From Planctomycetota bacterium (lineage in GTDB: Bacteria; Planctomycetota; UBA1135; UBA2386), in the NCBI GenBank assembly GCA_029936315.1, contig JAPYTD010000002.1:30459-94458 (forward strand): 64,000 bases of DNA, read 5' to 3'. The notes below the pieces were generated by a model. The model made no database searches. It was not told the origin of the DNA and was given only the letters and a program-made list of their open reading frames with translations. Position 1 is the first letter of the stretch; each line of letters begins with the position of its first letter. Positions 39,502 through 48,892 of this stretch are shown one piece after another. The translations under genes and the position numbers were made by a program.

Positions 39502-40086
39502 CTATGCTTCGATCGCGCGCCTGCATGCTTCAACAAGCTCGCTGGCAGAGAACGGCTTGAGAACGATCTCGTCTACTTTCGACCAGTTGGTTAGCTCGCC
39601 AGTGGCCATACTGCCACTGCCGGTAATGACAACTACCGGTGGTGGCGGAGAACATTGCGCGGCGGCCATGGCCACCTCAAGCCCGGTCCCCGTGCTCGTA
39701 AGGTGAAGATCGGTTAGGATGAGATCGAACACCCCGTCTTGCATCGCGGCACAGGCACCCGGGCCAGTGTCGACAGCCGTCACTTCAAACCCGGCCGCTC
39801 TCAAAACTTTCGCCACCAATTTCAGCACAGCTGGCTCATCCTCCACGACAAGCGCGCGAGTTCGCGAAGGAACTCGCTTCGCGCGGTAGCTCCGCTTGGC
39901 CTGCGGAACTCCGAGTGACCCGCCCCCCAGTCCCATAGTCGACATCTTGATTCCCATAGTTGACATCTTGCCGCTTGTGGAATCGCTCGACCGGTCTGTC
40001 AACATGTTGACTTCACATGGCAATGGGGACCATTCTTTTGATGCTTCGGGAGGGGGCTGTATCGTTGCTGAGAACATGCCACTCAA
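39502..40086 (-). CDS. Single-domain (CheY-like) response regulator; start codon uncertain
   Basis: Receiver domain: RALVVEDEPAVLKLVAKVLRAAGFEV....FDLILTDLHL...VVVITG...VLKPFSASEL. Candidate starts fall at 40086, 40005, 39966 and 39945. No histidine kinase is adjacent. Confidence 0.78.
   Translation of the reverse strand: MSGMFSATIQPPPEASKEWSPLPCEVNMLTDRSSDSTSGKMSTMGIKMSTMGLGGGSLGVPQAKRSYRAKRVPSRTRALVVEDEPAVLKLVAKVLRAAGFEVTAVDTGPGACAAMQDGVFDLILTDLHLTSTGTGLEVAMAAAQCSPPPPVVVITGSGSMATGELTNWSKVDEIVLKPFSASELVEACRRAIEA
39931..39970. repeat. 21-bp tandem duplication (2 copies, 1 mismatch) at the response-regulator 5' end
   Basis: tcccatagtcgacatcttg (39931-39949) and tcccatagttgacatcttg (39952-39970). 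If translated they encode KMSTMG-IKMSTMG. Confidence 0.8.
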
Positions 40087-40265
40087 CTAGCAATACTCGT
40101 GCCATTTGCGTCGAAAGCGTACCAGTGGCACGACCCAATCAACGAACCGGGTCGACGTGGCAGGAACCAAACGTAGTTGCTGGCAACGCTCGCACGCGCG
40201 ATCCCAACTCGATTGCGCAACAGCGCATCATCCGCGTCCACCTGCGTGCTCTGACAAGCCCGCGC

Positions 40266-41885
40266 CTACTTGCCGAGGTCAAGCACCTGCCCCTGGGCGA
40301 TGAGCCTCTCGCGCAAGCTGGCGTAGTCCAGGCCTTGCACCGCCACGCCTTCCCTCGCTGAGAGTGCCGCAGCGACACCGGCGGCCTGACCGATGATCAT
40401 CCACGTTCCCTCAATTCGTAGGGACGAAATCCCGACGTGCGTGCAGGAGAGCGCGACCGGCACGAGCAAGTTGTCGCACTGCTCAGGCCTTGGCAAAATT
40501 GACCGGTAGGGCACGTGGTAGGCGTAGCCCTGCTTTGTCGTCTTCTTCCGAACTGGAAAGATCGTGCCCTCGTTGATCACTCCGCCGCCCTTCAACGCGA
40601 CGCGCTGACAGTCGTGCGAGTCGATAGGGAATGAAGAGATCGCGATCGGATCGTGCTTGATCGCCTCAGCGAGGATGTCCTTCTCGCTGAGCACGTACAT
40701 GCCCTTCATGCGGCGCGACTCCCTGACGTAGAGAGCTGGCGAGAAGTGGGAATGCGCGGCGAACTCATCCTTGCACAGACCCAATCGCCCGTACTTCGCG
40801 CGGATCGCATCGGGCACGGCCGGGTCGGTGGTCAGGAAGTGGAAGAGTTCGAGTGTGTACTGCTTGTGCGCCTCCCAGAGTTCGTTCCGTGCCGCCTGGC
40901 CGGCCGCATGCCAACCCTTCCCACCGCCAACCAATCCCAATGAGAACTGACCGCCGATGGAGTTGTTGCCGTCGAGCTTGCCGCCCGGGAGAGGGTAAAG
41001 GTCGAAGCCCGGGCGCACGCCGGCCTGCAACGCGCGTCGAACGACCTCGAACCGAGCCGGGTCGTAGTCGTCTGGTTCGGGCATCGGCACGCGGTTGCCC
41101 GGTTCGGCAGTCAGGCACAGCCGAAAGCTATAGACCATCACGTTGTCGTCACCGGCCTTCTTGGGCCCGGCGTGCAACGCAGTCATCAGGGGCAACAGGT
41201 TGCCGTGCTCATCCAATCCGTCGATGGCCATCGTCGGTTTGGGGTATTGCTTGCCCGCCAAGGACTCGTCGTAGTGCTCTCGGCCCTCGCGGCCGACCGT
41301 CCACTCCACGTCTGCAGCTGCCATGAGGTCACCCTCGTAGGAGCCGTCCACGAAGACCTTGGCCTGAAAGGTGCCGTTCGTCGTTTGAAGCGACGTGATC
41401 CGCGGCCCTCGCCTGGTGACCGACTGCAGGTACCGCTCGGTCACTACCACGACCCCGGCCTCTTCTAGCATCCGCATCGTCACCCTTTGGGCCACGTGCG
41501 GCTCAAACGTCCATCGAGCCTGATCCTTCACCGAGGGGTCATACGGCGCTTCGAGTCCGCGATCGGTGTAGTCCCTGACGATGCGTGTATGCCACTCGTC
41601 AAACAGGCCCATCACCGTCCGGCGATCCATCTGGTTCGAGTCGCAATGGCTCAGACCGCCCGTGCTCATCCCGCCAACGTGGTTGCTCGGCTCCAAAAGG
41701 AGAACGCTCGCGCCCTCTCGTGCCGCAGCGATGGCCGCGCAGAAACCGCCGGGCGTCGAGCCGTAGACGAGAACATCGGCTTGCCACACTTTGTGCGTGG
41801 CAACTGCCTCCCGGCCGGCCGGGGAAGTGCACGCCTGCATTGCGAGCAGGCAGACGATCAAGAACGCGGCAAGGTGCAAGCGCAT
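40266..41885 (-). CDS. FAD-dependent oxidoreductase (PF12831-like) lipoprotein
   Basis: MRLHLAAFLIVCLLAMQACTS (lipobox). Dinucleotide-binding motif: DVLVYGSTPGGFCAAIAAAREGASVLLLEPSNHVGGM. Confidence 0.85.
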   Translation of the reverse strand: MRLHLAAFLIVCLLAMQACTSPAGREAVATHKVWQADVLVYGSTPGGFCAAIAAAREGASVLLLEPSNHVGGMSTGGLSHCDSNQMDRRTVMGLFDEWHTRIVRDYTDRGLEAPYDPSVKDQARWTFEPHVAQRVTMRMLEEAGVVVVTERYLQSVTRRGPRITSLQTTNGTFQAKVFVDGSYEGDLMAAADVEWTVGREGREHYDESLAGKQYPKPTMAIDGLDEHGNLLPLMTALHAGPKKAGDDNVMVYSFRLCLTAEPGNRVPMPEPDDYDPARFEVVRRALQAGVRPGFDLYPLPGGKLDGNNSIGGQFSLGLVGGGKGWHAAGQAARNELWEAHKQYTLELFHFLTTDPAVPDAIRAKYGRLGLCKDEFAAHSHFSPALYVRESRRMKGMYVLSEKDILAEAIKHDPIAISSFPIDSHDCQRVALKGGGVINEGTIFPVRKKTTKQGYAYHVPYRSILPRPEQCDNLLVPVALSCTHVGISSLRIEGTWMIIGQAAGVAAALSAREGVAVQGLDYASLRERLIAQGQVLDLGK

Positions 41886-41962
41886 GGTGAGTTGGGTTGC
41901 GGACTCGACGCCCAGCGCGAAGCCCGTGGCATCTCTAACTTGCGCCGACGTGATGGCGCAGG

Positions 41963-43453
41963 CTACACGACCTGCTTGATGATTCCGGCTCCCTCAACGC
42001 CGACAATCTTGCGTTTCAAGCCGCTGTAGAAGTAGGTCAGATGGTTCGGATCCAACCCCATCTGGTGCAGGATCGTTGCGTGTAGGTGCTTCACCTGAAA
42101 CTTGTCGACGCCGAGAGTGCCCTGCGCCTTGTGACCAAAGTCGTCGGTCTCGCCAACGCTGATGCCACCCTTGATGCCACCGCCGGCCATCCACATCGTG
42201 AAGCCCTTGGCGTTGTGGTCGCGACCGCTTCCCTTCGCGTACTCCGCGGTTGGCTGGCGACCGAACTCGCCACCCCACACGACGATTGTCTCGTCGAGCA
42301 AGCCACGACGCTTCAGGTCCGTCAACAGGCCGGTGATCGGCTTGTCGGTTTCCCGACAATGCAACCCGTGGTTTCGCTCCATGTCCGTGTGCGCGTCCCA
42401 ATTGTCGTCATTGTGGCCACCGCCGGAGTAGACCTGCACGAAACGAACGCCGCGCTCGACCATGCGCCGCGCGAGCAGGCAGCGACGGCCGTACTCCTTG
42501 GCAACGGGGTCGTTCATGCCGTAGAGCTCCTTGGTCTCTTCGCTCTCATCATTGAGGTCGATGGCCTCGGGCGCATGCTTTTGCATCCGGAACGCCAACT
42601 CGTAGCTGGCAATGCGCGCCGCCAGGTCGGAGTTGTCGACGTGGTCGGACAGGTGCTGAGAGTTGTATTGCCGCAACGTGTCGAGCATGTGCCGTTGCTG
42701 CGACTTCGACAACTTGCCAAAGCGACCGAGGTGCAGGATGGGGTCGCCGGTCGGCCGCATGGTCGTCGCCTGGTAGACAGCAGGCATGTAGCCACTGCTC
42801 CAGTTCTTGGCGCCGCTGATCGGGCCACCGCGCGGATCGACCATGACGACGAAGCCTGGCAGGTTGGCGTTTACCGAACCAAGGCCGTAGTTGACCCATG
42901 AACCAAGCGATGGACTGCCGCTGATGATCTCACCGGAATTCATCTGCAGCAGCGCAGAACCGTGAATCGGTGAGATTGCCGTCATCGACTTGATGAAGGC
43001 GATGTCGTCGACGCAGGTTGCCAGGTTTGGGAACAGATCCGATACCCATTGGCCTGATTCGCCGTACTGCTTGAAGCCCCACTTCGGTCCGACGACCCGA
43101 CCGCCATCGCGGTGGCCGCCGCGGCCGTGGGTCTCGAAGCCACGCACGATCTTGCCATCCAGCGGGTAGAGCTTCGGCTTGTAGTCGAACGTCTCCATCT
43201 GGCTCGGACCGCCATACATGAACAGGAAGATCACGCTCTTCGCCTTTGGCGCGAAGTGCGGTGGCTTTGGCGCCAGTGGGTTGTGGCCGCCCAGAGACTC
43301 ACCGCCATGGTCGGCGGTATCGAAGCCTCGGCCTTTGAAGAACCCTTCCGACGACAGCATTCCCGTCAGGGCGAGCGTCGTGAAGCCGCTGCCGAGCTGG
43401 TTGATGAACTTCCGGCGCGTTGGATCGAGGGGACTGTCGAATGTAGAGCTCAT
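41963..43453 (-). CDS. DUF1501 protein with Tat-type signal
   Basis: The track start at 43465 is GTG. ATG at 43453 gives MSSTFDSPLDPTRRKFINQLGSGFTTLALTGML. FLFMYGGPSQMETFDYKP...RDHNAKGFTMWMAGGGIK. Confidence 0.92.
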   Translation of the reverse strand: MSSTFDSPLDPTRRKFINQLGSGFTTLALTGMLSSEGFFKGRGFDTADHGGESLGGHNPLAPKPPHFAPKAKSVIFLFMYGGPSQMETFDYKPKLYPLDGKIVRGFETHGRGGHRDGGRVVGPKWGFKQYGESGQWVSDLFPNLATCVDDIAFIKSMTAISPIHGSALLQMNSGEIISGSPSLGSWVNYGLGSVNANLPGFVVMVDPRGGPISGAKNWSSGYMPAVYQATTMRPTGDPILHLGRFGKLSKSQQRHMLDTLRQYNSQHLSDHVDNSDLAARIASYELAFRMQKHAPEAIDLNDESEETKELYGMNDPVAKEYGRRCLLARRMVERGVRFVQVYSGGGHNDDNWDAHTDMERNHGLHCRETDKPITGLLTDLKRRGLLDETIVVWGGEFGRQPTAEYAKGSGRDHNAKGFTMWMAGGGIKGGISVGETDDFGHKAQGTLGVDKFQVKHLHATILHQMGLDPNHLTYFYSGLKRKIVGVEGAGIIKQVV

Positions 43454-43464
43454 GGACAATGTCA

Positions 43465-46400
43465 CTATTCGATGAAGACGAATGCGTTGAGGTTCAAGGC
43501 GATCAGGCAGAATTGTTCGACCGCCTGACTTGTGTCGGTGGGGTCGGGGAACGAAGCCAGGAAATCGACTCCCTGTTGCACTTGTTCGCGGCTCGGCTTG
43601 CGACCCGTGGTGAGTGCGAGGGCCAGGGCGACTTGTTGGTTGACGTCGCTGCCGACCTCTCGCTGGAGGCGAACCGCAAAGCGCTTGGCGGCGTCATTGA
43701 CGAAACCGCTATTGAGCATGGTCAGTGCTTGCGTCGGTTGCGTCGTTTGGAATCGAACCGCGCAACTCGTGTCGGTCGTAGCCGCGTCGAATGTCTCCAC
43801 GAACGGATCGACGAGCGACCGCATGACAAACGTGTAGACGGTGCGGCGCGTATTGTGTTCTGCGGCCTTGTTCACCTTCCACTTGTTGGCTGACTGCCCC
43901 TTCAACACTGCTGGTGGAATGGACGGAAACACGCTCGGACCACCAAACGTCTCAAGGTCCAGGCTGCCGGTGACCAGCAGGATGGAATCGCGTAGCTCCT
44001 CGGCAGTGAGGCGGCGCATGTCAAAACGCCAGAACAGGTCGTTCGTCGGGTCCTTTTTGCGGGCGCTGGCGTTCGGTTGCGAGGACATGCGATACGTGGC
44101 CGACAGCATGATCGTCTTGTGCAGCTTCTTCATGTCCCAGCCGCTCTCGACGAAGGTGCGGGCGAGCCAGTCGAGCAGAGCAGGGTGCGTGGGTTTGCTG
44201 CCGGTCATGCCGAAGTCGCTACTCGTGCGCACGATGCCGCGACCGAAGTGGAACTGCCAGATGCGGTTGACGATGACGCGCGACGTGGTTCGGTGTTCGG
44301 GCGATACGAGCCAGCTGGCGAAGGCCAGGCGGCGACCGGTAGTCTTTTGCCGCTGCTCGATGATCGGCTTGTCGTCCGTCAGGATCTGCAGGAACGACGG
44401 TTCGACCTTGGCTCCAGGCGAGTGCGCGTTGCCGCGGGCCAACACCCGTGTCTCCGGTGCCTTCGGGCCGTGCTCGGTGATGCTGAGTGCATAGACACCG
44501 GTGTCAATGTTCGCCAAGGTTCCAATGCTGCGTTCCGCTTGCCGAAGCTCTTGGAACTTCTCGCGACCGAGCAGCTTGTTGCCGTTCTGATTGATCAAAC
44601 GCTCGAACTCACGCTTTGGGTCGTCCGCGGCCGAGAGTCGTTTGCGGCCAAACCCGGCGCCGGCCCAGTGCAGATGCAGGCCTTTGCCCCCTGAGCCCTG
44701 GAAGTAGTCGACGCGCACCTCGTGCTCGCCCTTGGTCAGGTGCACCTGCTTTTTCTTGACGCTACCGAGGCCGTGCACGCCGTCGTAGAGGATGACCTGA
44801 GTGCCGTCGATACGCAGGCGCACGCCATCGTCCGCGTCGAGGAAGAACCGATAGTCGCCGGTCTTTGCGACGTGCAACTTGCCGCGGAACACGAACCCGA
44901 ACGAATCGCCGCGAGTCGCCAGACCAATGTCGAAGAAGTTGCTGGGTATCTTGCCGATGGTTTCCGGCTTCAACATGTCGAAGTCCGGCAGCTTGTCCCA
45001 GCGCGACCGGAAGAACTTGTAGGTGACATCGGTCAAGTCCGATGCCTGGGCGCCATCGCCCTGCTGCTTGGCCCACAATTCGGAAAACTCAGCGCGCAGT
45101 GCGTTGCGTCGTGCGGTCAGCACGCCGCGCTGCTGCGTTCGCTTCTTGTTCTCACGTTCGGTTTCGGCTCGCTGCGCGTCCGTCGAGATGTCCGTGAGGA
45201 TATGGGTCTTGTTATTCGAGTAGGGCCTGACGTTGTGGAAGAACGCCAGCATCCCGTAGTAGTCCTTTTGCGGAATCGGGTCGAGCTTGTGGTCGTGGCA
45301 GCGCGCGCACCCGACGGTCAAGCCGAGAAAGACATCCCCCGTCGTACGCACGATGTCGTCGAGGTCGTCGAACTTGGCCTGCTTGCGATCAGCTGGCTCG
45401 TCGTCCCAAAGTCCGAGGCGCAAGTAGCCGGTTGCGGTGATGGACTCGGAGGTTCTGTCCGGCAGTTCGTCGCCGGCGAGCTGTTCCATGACGAAGCGGT
45501 CGTACGGCTTGTTGTTATGGAACGAGTCGATGACGTATTGGCGATACCGCCACGCTTCGGGCTTCTTGCTGTCACGCTCGTAGCCGTTGGTCTCTGCGTA
45601 GCGTACGAGATCGAGCCAGTGACGAGCCCACTGCTCACCGTACTGGCGTGATGCCAGTAAGCGGTCGATGAGCTGCTCATGGGCGGTCGCGGAGTCGTCA
45701 TTTTTGAACGCTTCGATGGCCTCCGGCGAAGGTGGCAGGCCCGTCAGGTCGATCGTTGCACGGCGGATGAACGAGACGCGATCGGCTTCCGGATTGGGGC
45801 GCATGCTCGCGGATTGCAGGCGCGCGCGGATGAAGCGATCGATGTCGTTCCGGCACCAATCTGCGTCTTGCGGCGTCGGCGGTTCGGCGGAGCTGATGGG
45901 CTGAAACGCCCAGTGACTCCGTGCCTCTGCCGTCAACAACGATGGCTCTTCAAAGGTCCACTCGCTTTCGACAACTGGCATCGGCACGCCGCGATGCACC
46001 CAGTCGGTCAGTGCCGTGATGTCCGCCGCCGCCAGCTTCTGCTTCGGCGGCATCTGGTGATCCGTGTCCTCGTGATGGATGAAGCGCAGGATCCGGCTCT
46101 TCTCCGGATTGGCAAGGTCGACGATGGCGCCGGCTTCGCCACCTCGAATCACATTGCGACGCGCGCGCAGCCATAACTGCCCCCGGACTTCCTTGTCGCG
46201 GCTGCCGTGGCACTTGTAGCAGTTCTTCGCGAGGATGGGTTCGATCGTCTCCCGGTAGAAGGCGACGTCCTCAGCTGGGTCGATGAGGGTACTGTTCGAC
46301 ATCGAGTTGCCGAGCTTGTCGAAGTCCTTGAAGGTCCAAACGACCTGCTTCTCGCGCGTGATCTCGATGATCTGCGGGTTCTTCGGGCCGGCGTGACAAT

Positions 46401-47235
46401 TGCCGATCACGAAGTTGCCGTTCGGTAGCATTTCGAGCGTCGTGACCCACGCGAGACGAATGCCGGGCAGTTCATTCTGCTTCAGGTGCCAAACGATCTC
46501 CTTGTCCTCAGTGACTTCGATGACCGAGTGGCCGTTGCCCGTAGAGATCAGGGTGTTGCCATTGGGCAGGCGGATCGCAGCGAAAACCTGGTTGCCCCAG
46601 GCCTCAAGGCCGTGGCCGCCTTTGCGAGGCCGTTCGAACAAGGGCACGGCAAACTCCCACACCACCTTGCCGTGCACGTCGTACTCACGGACGACGCCGT
46701 CGCCTTCGTGGGCGACGAGGTAGTTGCCGTTTTGTAGTTTGCGGACGAGCCGGGTGTCGCGATGTGGGCTCGACTTCTTGACCTTCAGTTTGATCGAACG
46801 CAGCAACGTGCCGCTCGGGTCAACCTCGATGATCCGGCTCGGCCCACTCTCGGCGATCATCGTCACGCCATCGGCAAGCCGGCGGAATGCGTGGACCTCG
46901 ACGCGCTTGCCCTGGTTGCCGTTTTGGGTCGCCGAGTCGTACGACCAAACCGTCTTGTTGTCCTTGGTGACCTCGACGAGTTTGGTCCAGCTGGTTTGGA
47001 ACAGCACGTTGCCGTTTGGCAGGTACTGCAGGTCGTGAATCGACCGGGTCTTGGCTTCCCAGAGAATCTTGCCGTCTCGGTCGAACAGCGCGATGCGTTG
47101 CTTGGATGCGTCCGCAGCGAGCACCTTGTGACCGGCCTCGTCGCGTGTGCGTTCCGTAATCGCGCCATCGTTCGACACCGACGGCGCAAACGAACTGAGA
47201 CAGAGGGCAGGAATCAGCAGGAAGGAGGTGCGCAT
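43465..47235 (-). CDS. Beta-propeller + PSCyt1 + DUF1549 + PA14-like + DUF1553 giant protein
   Basis: I place the start at ATG 47235 (MRTSFLLIPALCLSSFAPSVS). The 143-codon upstream extension in the track has GC3 of about 50%, against about 75-85% in the genes. Motifs: [53 protein letters not shown], a PA14-like block (GDYRFFLDADDGVRLRIDG) and VIVNRIWQFHFGRGIV. Confidence 0.9.
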   Translation of the reverse strand: MRTSFLLIPALCLSSFAPSVSNDGAITERTRDEAGHKVLAADASKQRIALFDRDGKILWEAKTRSIHDLQYLPNGNVLFQTSWTKLVEVTKDNKTVWSYDSATQNGNQGKRVEVHAFRRLADGVTMIAESGPSRIIEVDPSGTLLRSIKLKVKKSSPHRDTRLVRKLQNGNYLVAHEGDGVVREYDVHGKVVWEFAVPLFERPRKGGHGLEAWGNQVFAAIRLPNGNTLISTGNGHSVIEVTEDKEIVWHLKQNELPGIRLAWVTTLEMLPNGNFVIGNCHAGPKNPQIIEITREKQVVWTFKDFDKLGNSMSNSTLIDPAEDVAFYRETIEPILAKNCYKCHGSRDKEVRGQLWLRARRNVIRGGEAGAIVDLANPEKSRILRFIHHEDTDHQMPPKQKLAAADITALTDWVHRGVPMPVVESEWTFEEPSLLTAEARSHWAFQPISSAEPPTPQDADWCRNDIDRFIRARLQSASMRPNPEADRVSFIRRATIDLTGLPPSPEAIEAFKNDDSATAHEQLIDRLLASRQYGEQWARHWLDLVRYAETNGYERDSKKPEAWRYRQYVIDSFHNNKPYDRFVMEQLAGDELPDRTSESITATGYLRLGLWDDEPADRKQAKFDDLDDIVRTTGDVFLGLTVGCARCHDHKLDPIPQKDYYGMLAFFHNVRPYSNNKTHILTDISTDAQRAETERENKKRTQQRGVLTARRNALRAEFSELWAKQQGDGAQASDLTDVTYKFFRSRWDKLPDFDMLKPETIGKIPSNFFDIGLATRGDSFGFVFRGKLHVAKTGDYRFFLDADDGVRLRIDGTQVILYDGVHGLGSVKKKQVHLTKGEHEVRVDYFQGSGGKGLHLHWAGAGFGRKRLSAADDPKREFERLINQNGNKLLGREKFQELRQAERSIGTLANIDTGVYALSITEHGPKAPETRVLARGNAHSPGAKVEPSFLQILTDDKPIIEQRQKTTGRRLAFASWLVSPEHRTTSRVIVNRIWQFHFGRGIVRTSSDFGMTGSKPTHPALLDWLARTFVESGWDMKKLHKTIMLSATYRMSSQPNASARKKDPTNDLFWRFDMRRLTAEELRDSILLVTGSLDLETFGGPSVFPSIPPAVLKGQSANKWKVNKAAEHNTRRTVYTFVMRSLVDPFVETFDAATTDTSCAVRFQTTQPTQALTMLNSGFVNDAAKRFAVRLQREVGSDVNQQVALALALTTGRKPSREQVQQGVDFLASFPDPTDTSQAVEQFCLIALNLNAFVFIE

Positions 47236-47700
47236 GAAATGAACCGCTAGTGGCGGCAGCATATGCGGTCCGTGGAGCAGTGTTAGCCCCCGTACTGGCG
47301 CTGATTTCGGTGTGGCGGCTGATGGCGCTACACGGGAAGGGCAGGGCAACGAAGGTGCGCGCGTGCCAACGGGTCCACTGGTTTCGATACCACTGAGTGG
47401 CTCTTCATCACGACAGCCGCCAAGGCATAGGCAGACCATCGCGACCGCGGCATATGGCAAGATCAGCAGCGACTGAAGACTGCGCATAGTGGGATTCGTC
47501 ATTGGTCGTCGCGCCATGGCATTATGCAACCGGAGAGGCACCCCGTCGCGCTTGTAGCATTTGTACACGGATGTGTATGATTCCGCCTTCTGCCGAATCC
47601 ATGCCAGATCCGGGCTCAAGCATCCCAAGGCGCTGTAAAACCACATTCCCGCTCTCATGGGCATGGCAAGAGCGCACCTTCAGTGTGTAGATTTTCGTCA

Positions 47701-47724
47701 TGCCTGTTCGCAAGGCACTTTTTT
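47701..47724 (+). terminator. Weak intrinsic-terminator-like hairpin plus T6 run on the plus strand in a low-GC intergenic region
   Basis: TGCCT-GTTCGCA-AGGCA followed by CTTTTTT. A T6 run is unusual at this G+C content. No annotated plus-strand gene lies upstream. Confidence 0.25.
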
Positions 47725-47786
47725 GGTAATCGCGTGCGTCAGTCCCTGGTGCGCTCCGGGATGTGATCACTTCGATTGCTTGGCTC

Positions 47787-48680
47787 TCATGGCTGCGATT
47801 CTTGCTCGTAGGCGCGGCGCGCGAGAACCAGGGCCCCGAGTACACCTGCTTGATTGCCAAGACTTGGGGGCACGACATAGTCTTCAAGACTGTCGGTGAT
47901 TTCTGGGCTGTTGACGTAGCCAGCGAGCAGGTCGAGCAACCGGCAACGCAAGGCCGTGAACAGTTCTGCTCGCATGACGCCACCGCCGAGCACGATGCGA
48001 TGGGGAGACAGCATCAGGATGATGTTGGCGAGGCCGAGCGCCAGGTAGCTGGCCTGCAACTGCCACGCTGGATGATCCGTCGTCAGGGTTTCGGGATCCT
48101 GGCCCCAGCGCTTGCGGATGGCGGGACCGGAAGCCATGCCTTCGAAGCAATCACCATGAAAAGGGCAGCTGCCAGCGAAGGAGTCGCCAGCAACCCTCGG
48201 AATCAGCATGTGCCCCATTTCGGCGTGGACCAGACCACGCAACGATCGACCCGCAGACAACGCGGCTCCTCCGATGCCCGTGCCAACCGTCAGGTACACC
48301 AGGTTGTCGATGCCTTGGCCGGCACCCCAGGTGTATTCGCCCAGAGCGGCAGCTGCGACGTCCGTATCGAAACCGATCGGTACCTTGAGGGCGTCGCCAA
48401 CCAATCCAACCAGGTCTTGGTGCTGCCAGCCCGTCTTGGGGGTAGTCGTGATGTGCCCGTAGGTTGCGGAGTTGCGATCCAGGTCAATCGGTCCGAAGGC
48501 ACCGATGCCGATGGCGTCGATCGGGTGCTTGATCGCCTGCGCCGTGAAGAACCGGATGACCTCCGCCAGCGTCTCCTGTGGTGCCGTGGTTGTGATTCTG
48601 ACCTCATCGGCGATCGCTGTAGGGCCATCGCCAACCATGCACCGGAACTTCGTTCCGCCAGCTTCGATTGCTCCGAACAT
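47787..48680 (-). CDS. ROK-family fructokinase (GmuE/ScrK-like)
   Basis: MFGAIEAGGTKFRCMVG...GIGAFGPIDLD..S.TYGHITTTPKTGW...GHM....D.F.GSCPFHGDCFEGMASGPAIRKRWG closely parallels the Bacillus GmuE-type fructokinases as I recall them. Confidence 0.9.
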   Translation of the reverse strand: MFGAIEAGGTKFRCMVGDGPTAIADEVRITTTAPQETLAEVIRFFTAQAIKHPIDAIGIGAFGPIDLDRNSATYGHITTTPKTGWQHQDLVGLVGDALKVPIGFDTDVAAAALGEYTWGAGQGIDNLVYLTVGTGIGGAALSAGRSLRGLVHAEMGHMLIPRVAGDSFAGSCPFHGDCFEGMASGPAIRKRWGQDPETLTTDHPAWQLQASYLALGLANIILMLSPHRIVLGGGVMRAELFTALRCRLLDLLAGYVNSPEITDSLEDYVVPPSLGNQAGVLGALVLARRAYEQESQP

Positions 48681-48892
48681 CTCGTCTTGGTTTTCCTGGG
48701 TGGGTGCGTCGTTCTCGCTTCTTCAGGCGGTCCAACACAACGGTGAGGCCATCATCATGCCCAGTGTAACGATGGAGGGCGCCACCCCCAACGTAGGCGA
48801 ACGGGATGTCGATCTCGGGCCACTCCTTTCCCTATTGGCAACGGCCGCAACGTACGAGCCTGGAGCATTGCTTGCTCTACGCTGTGAGTTCC

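Noticed and set aside
47236-47664. 143-codon N-terminal extension of the PSD giant protein, including a lipoprotein-like signal (LCLGGC)
   Set aside because: GC3 in the extension is only about 50%, against about 75-85% in the genes. It would place two signal peptides in tandem. ATG 47235 gives a normal leader.
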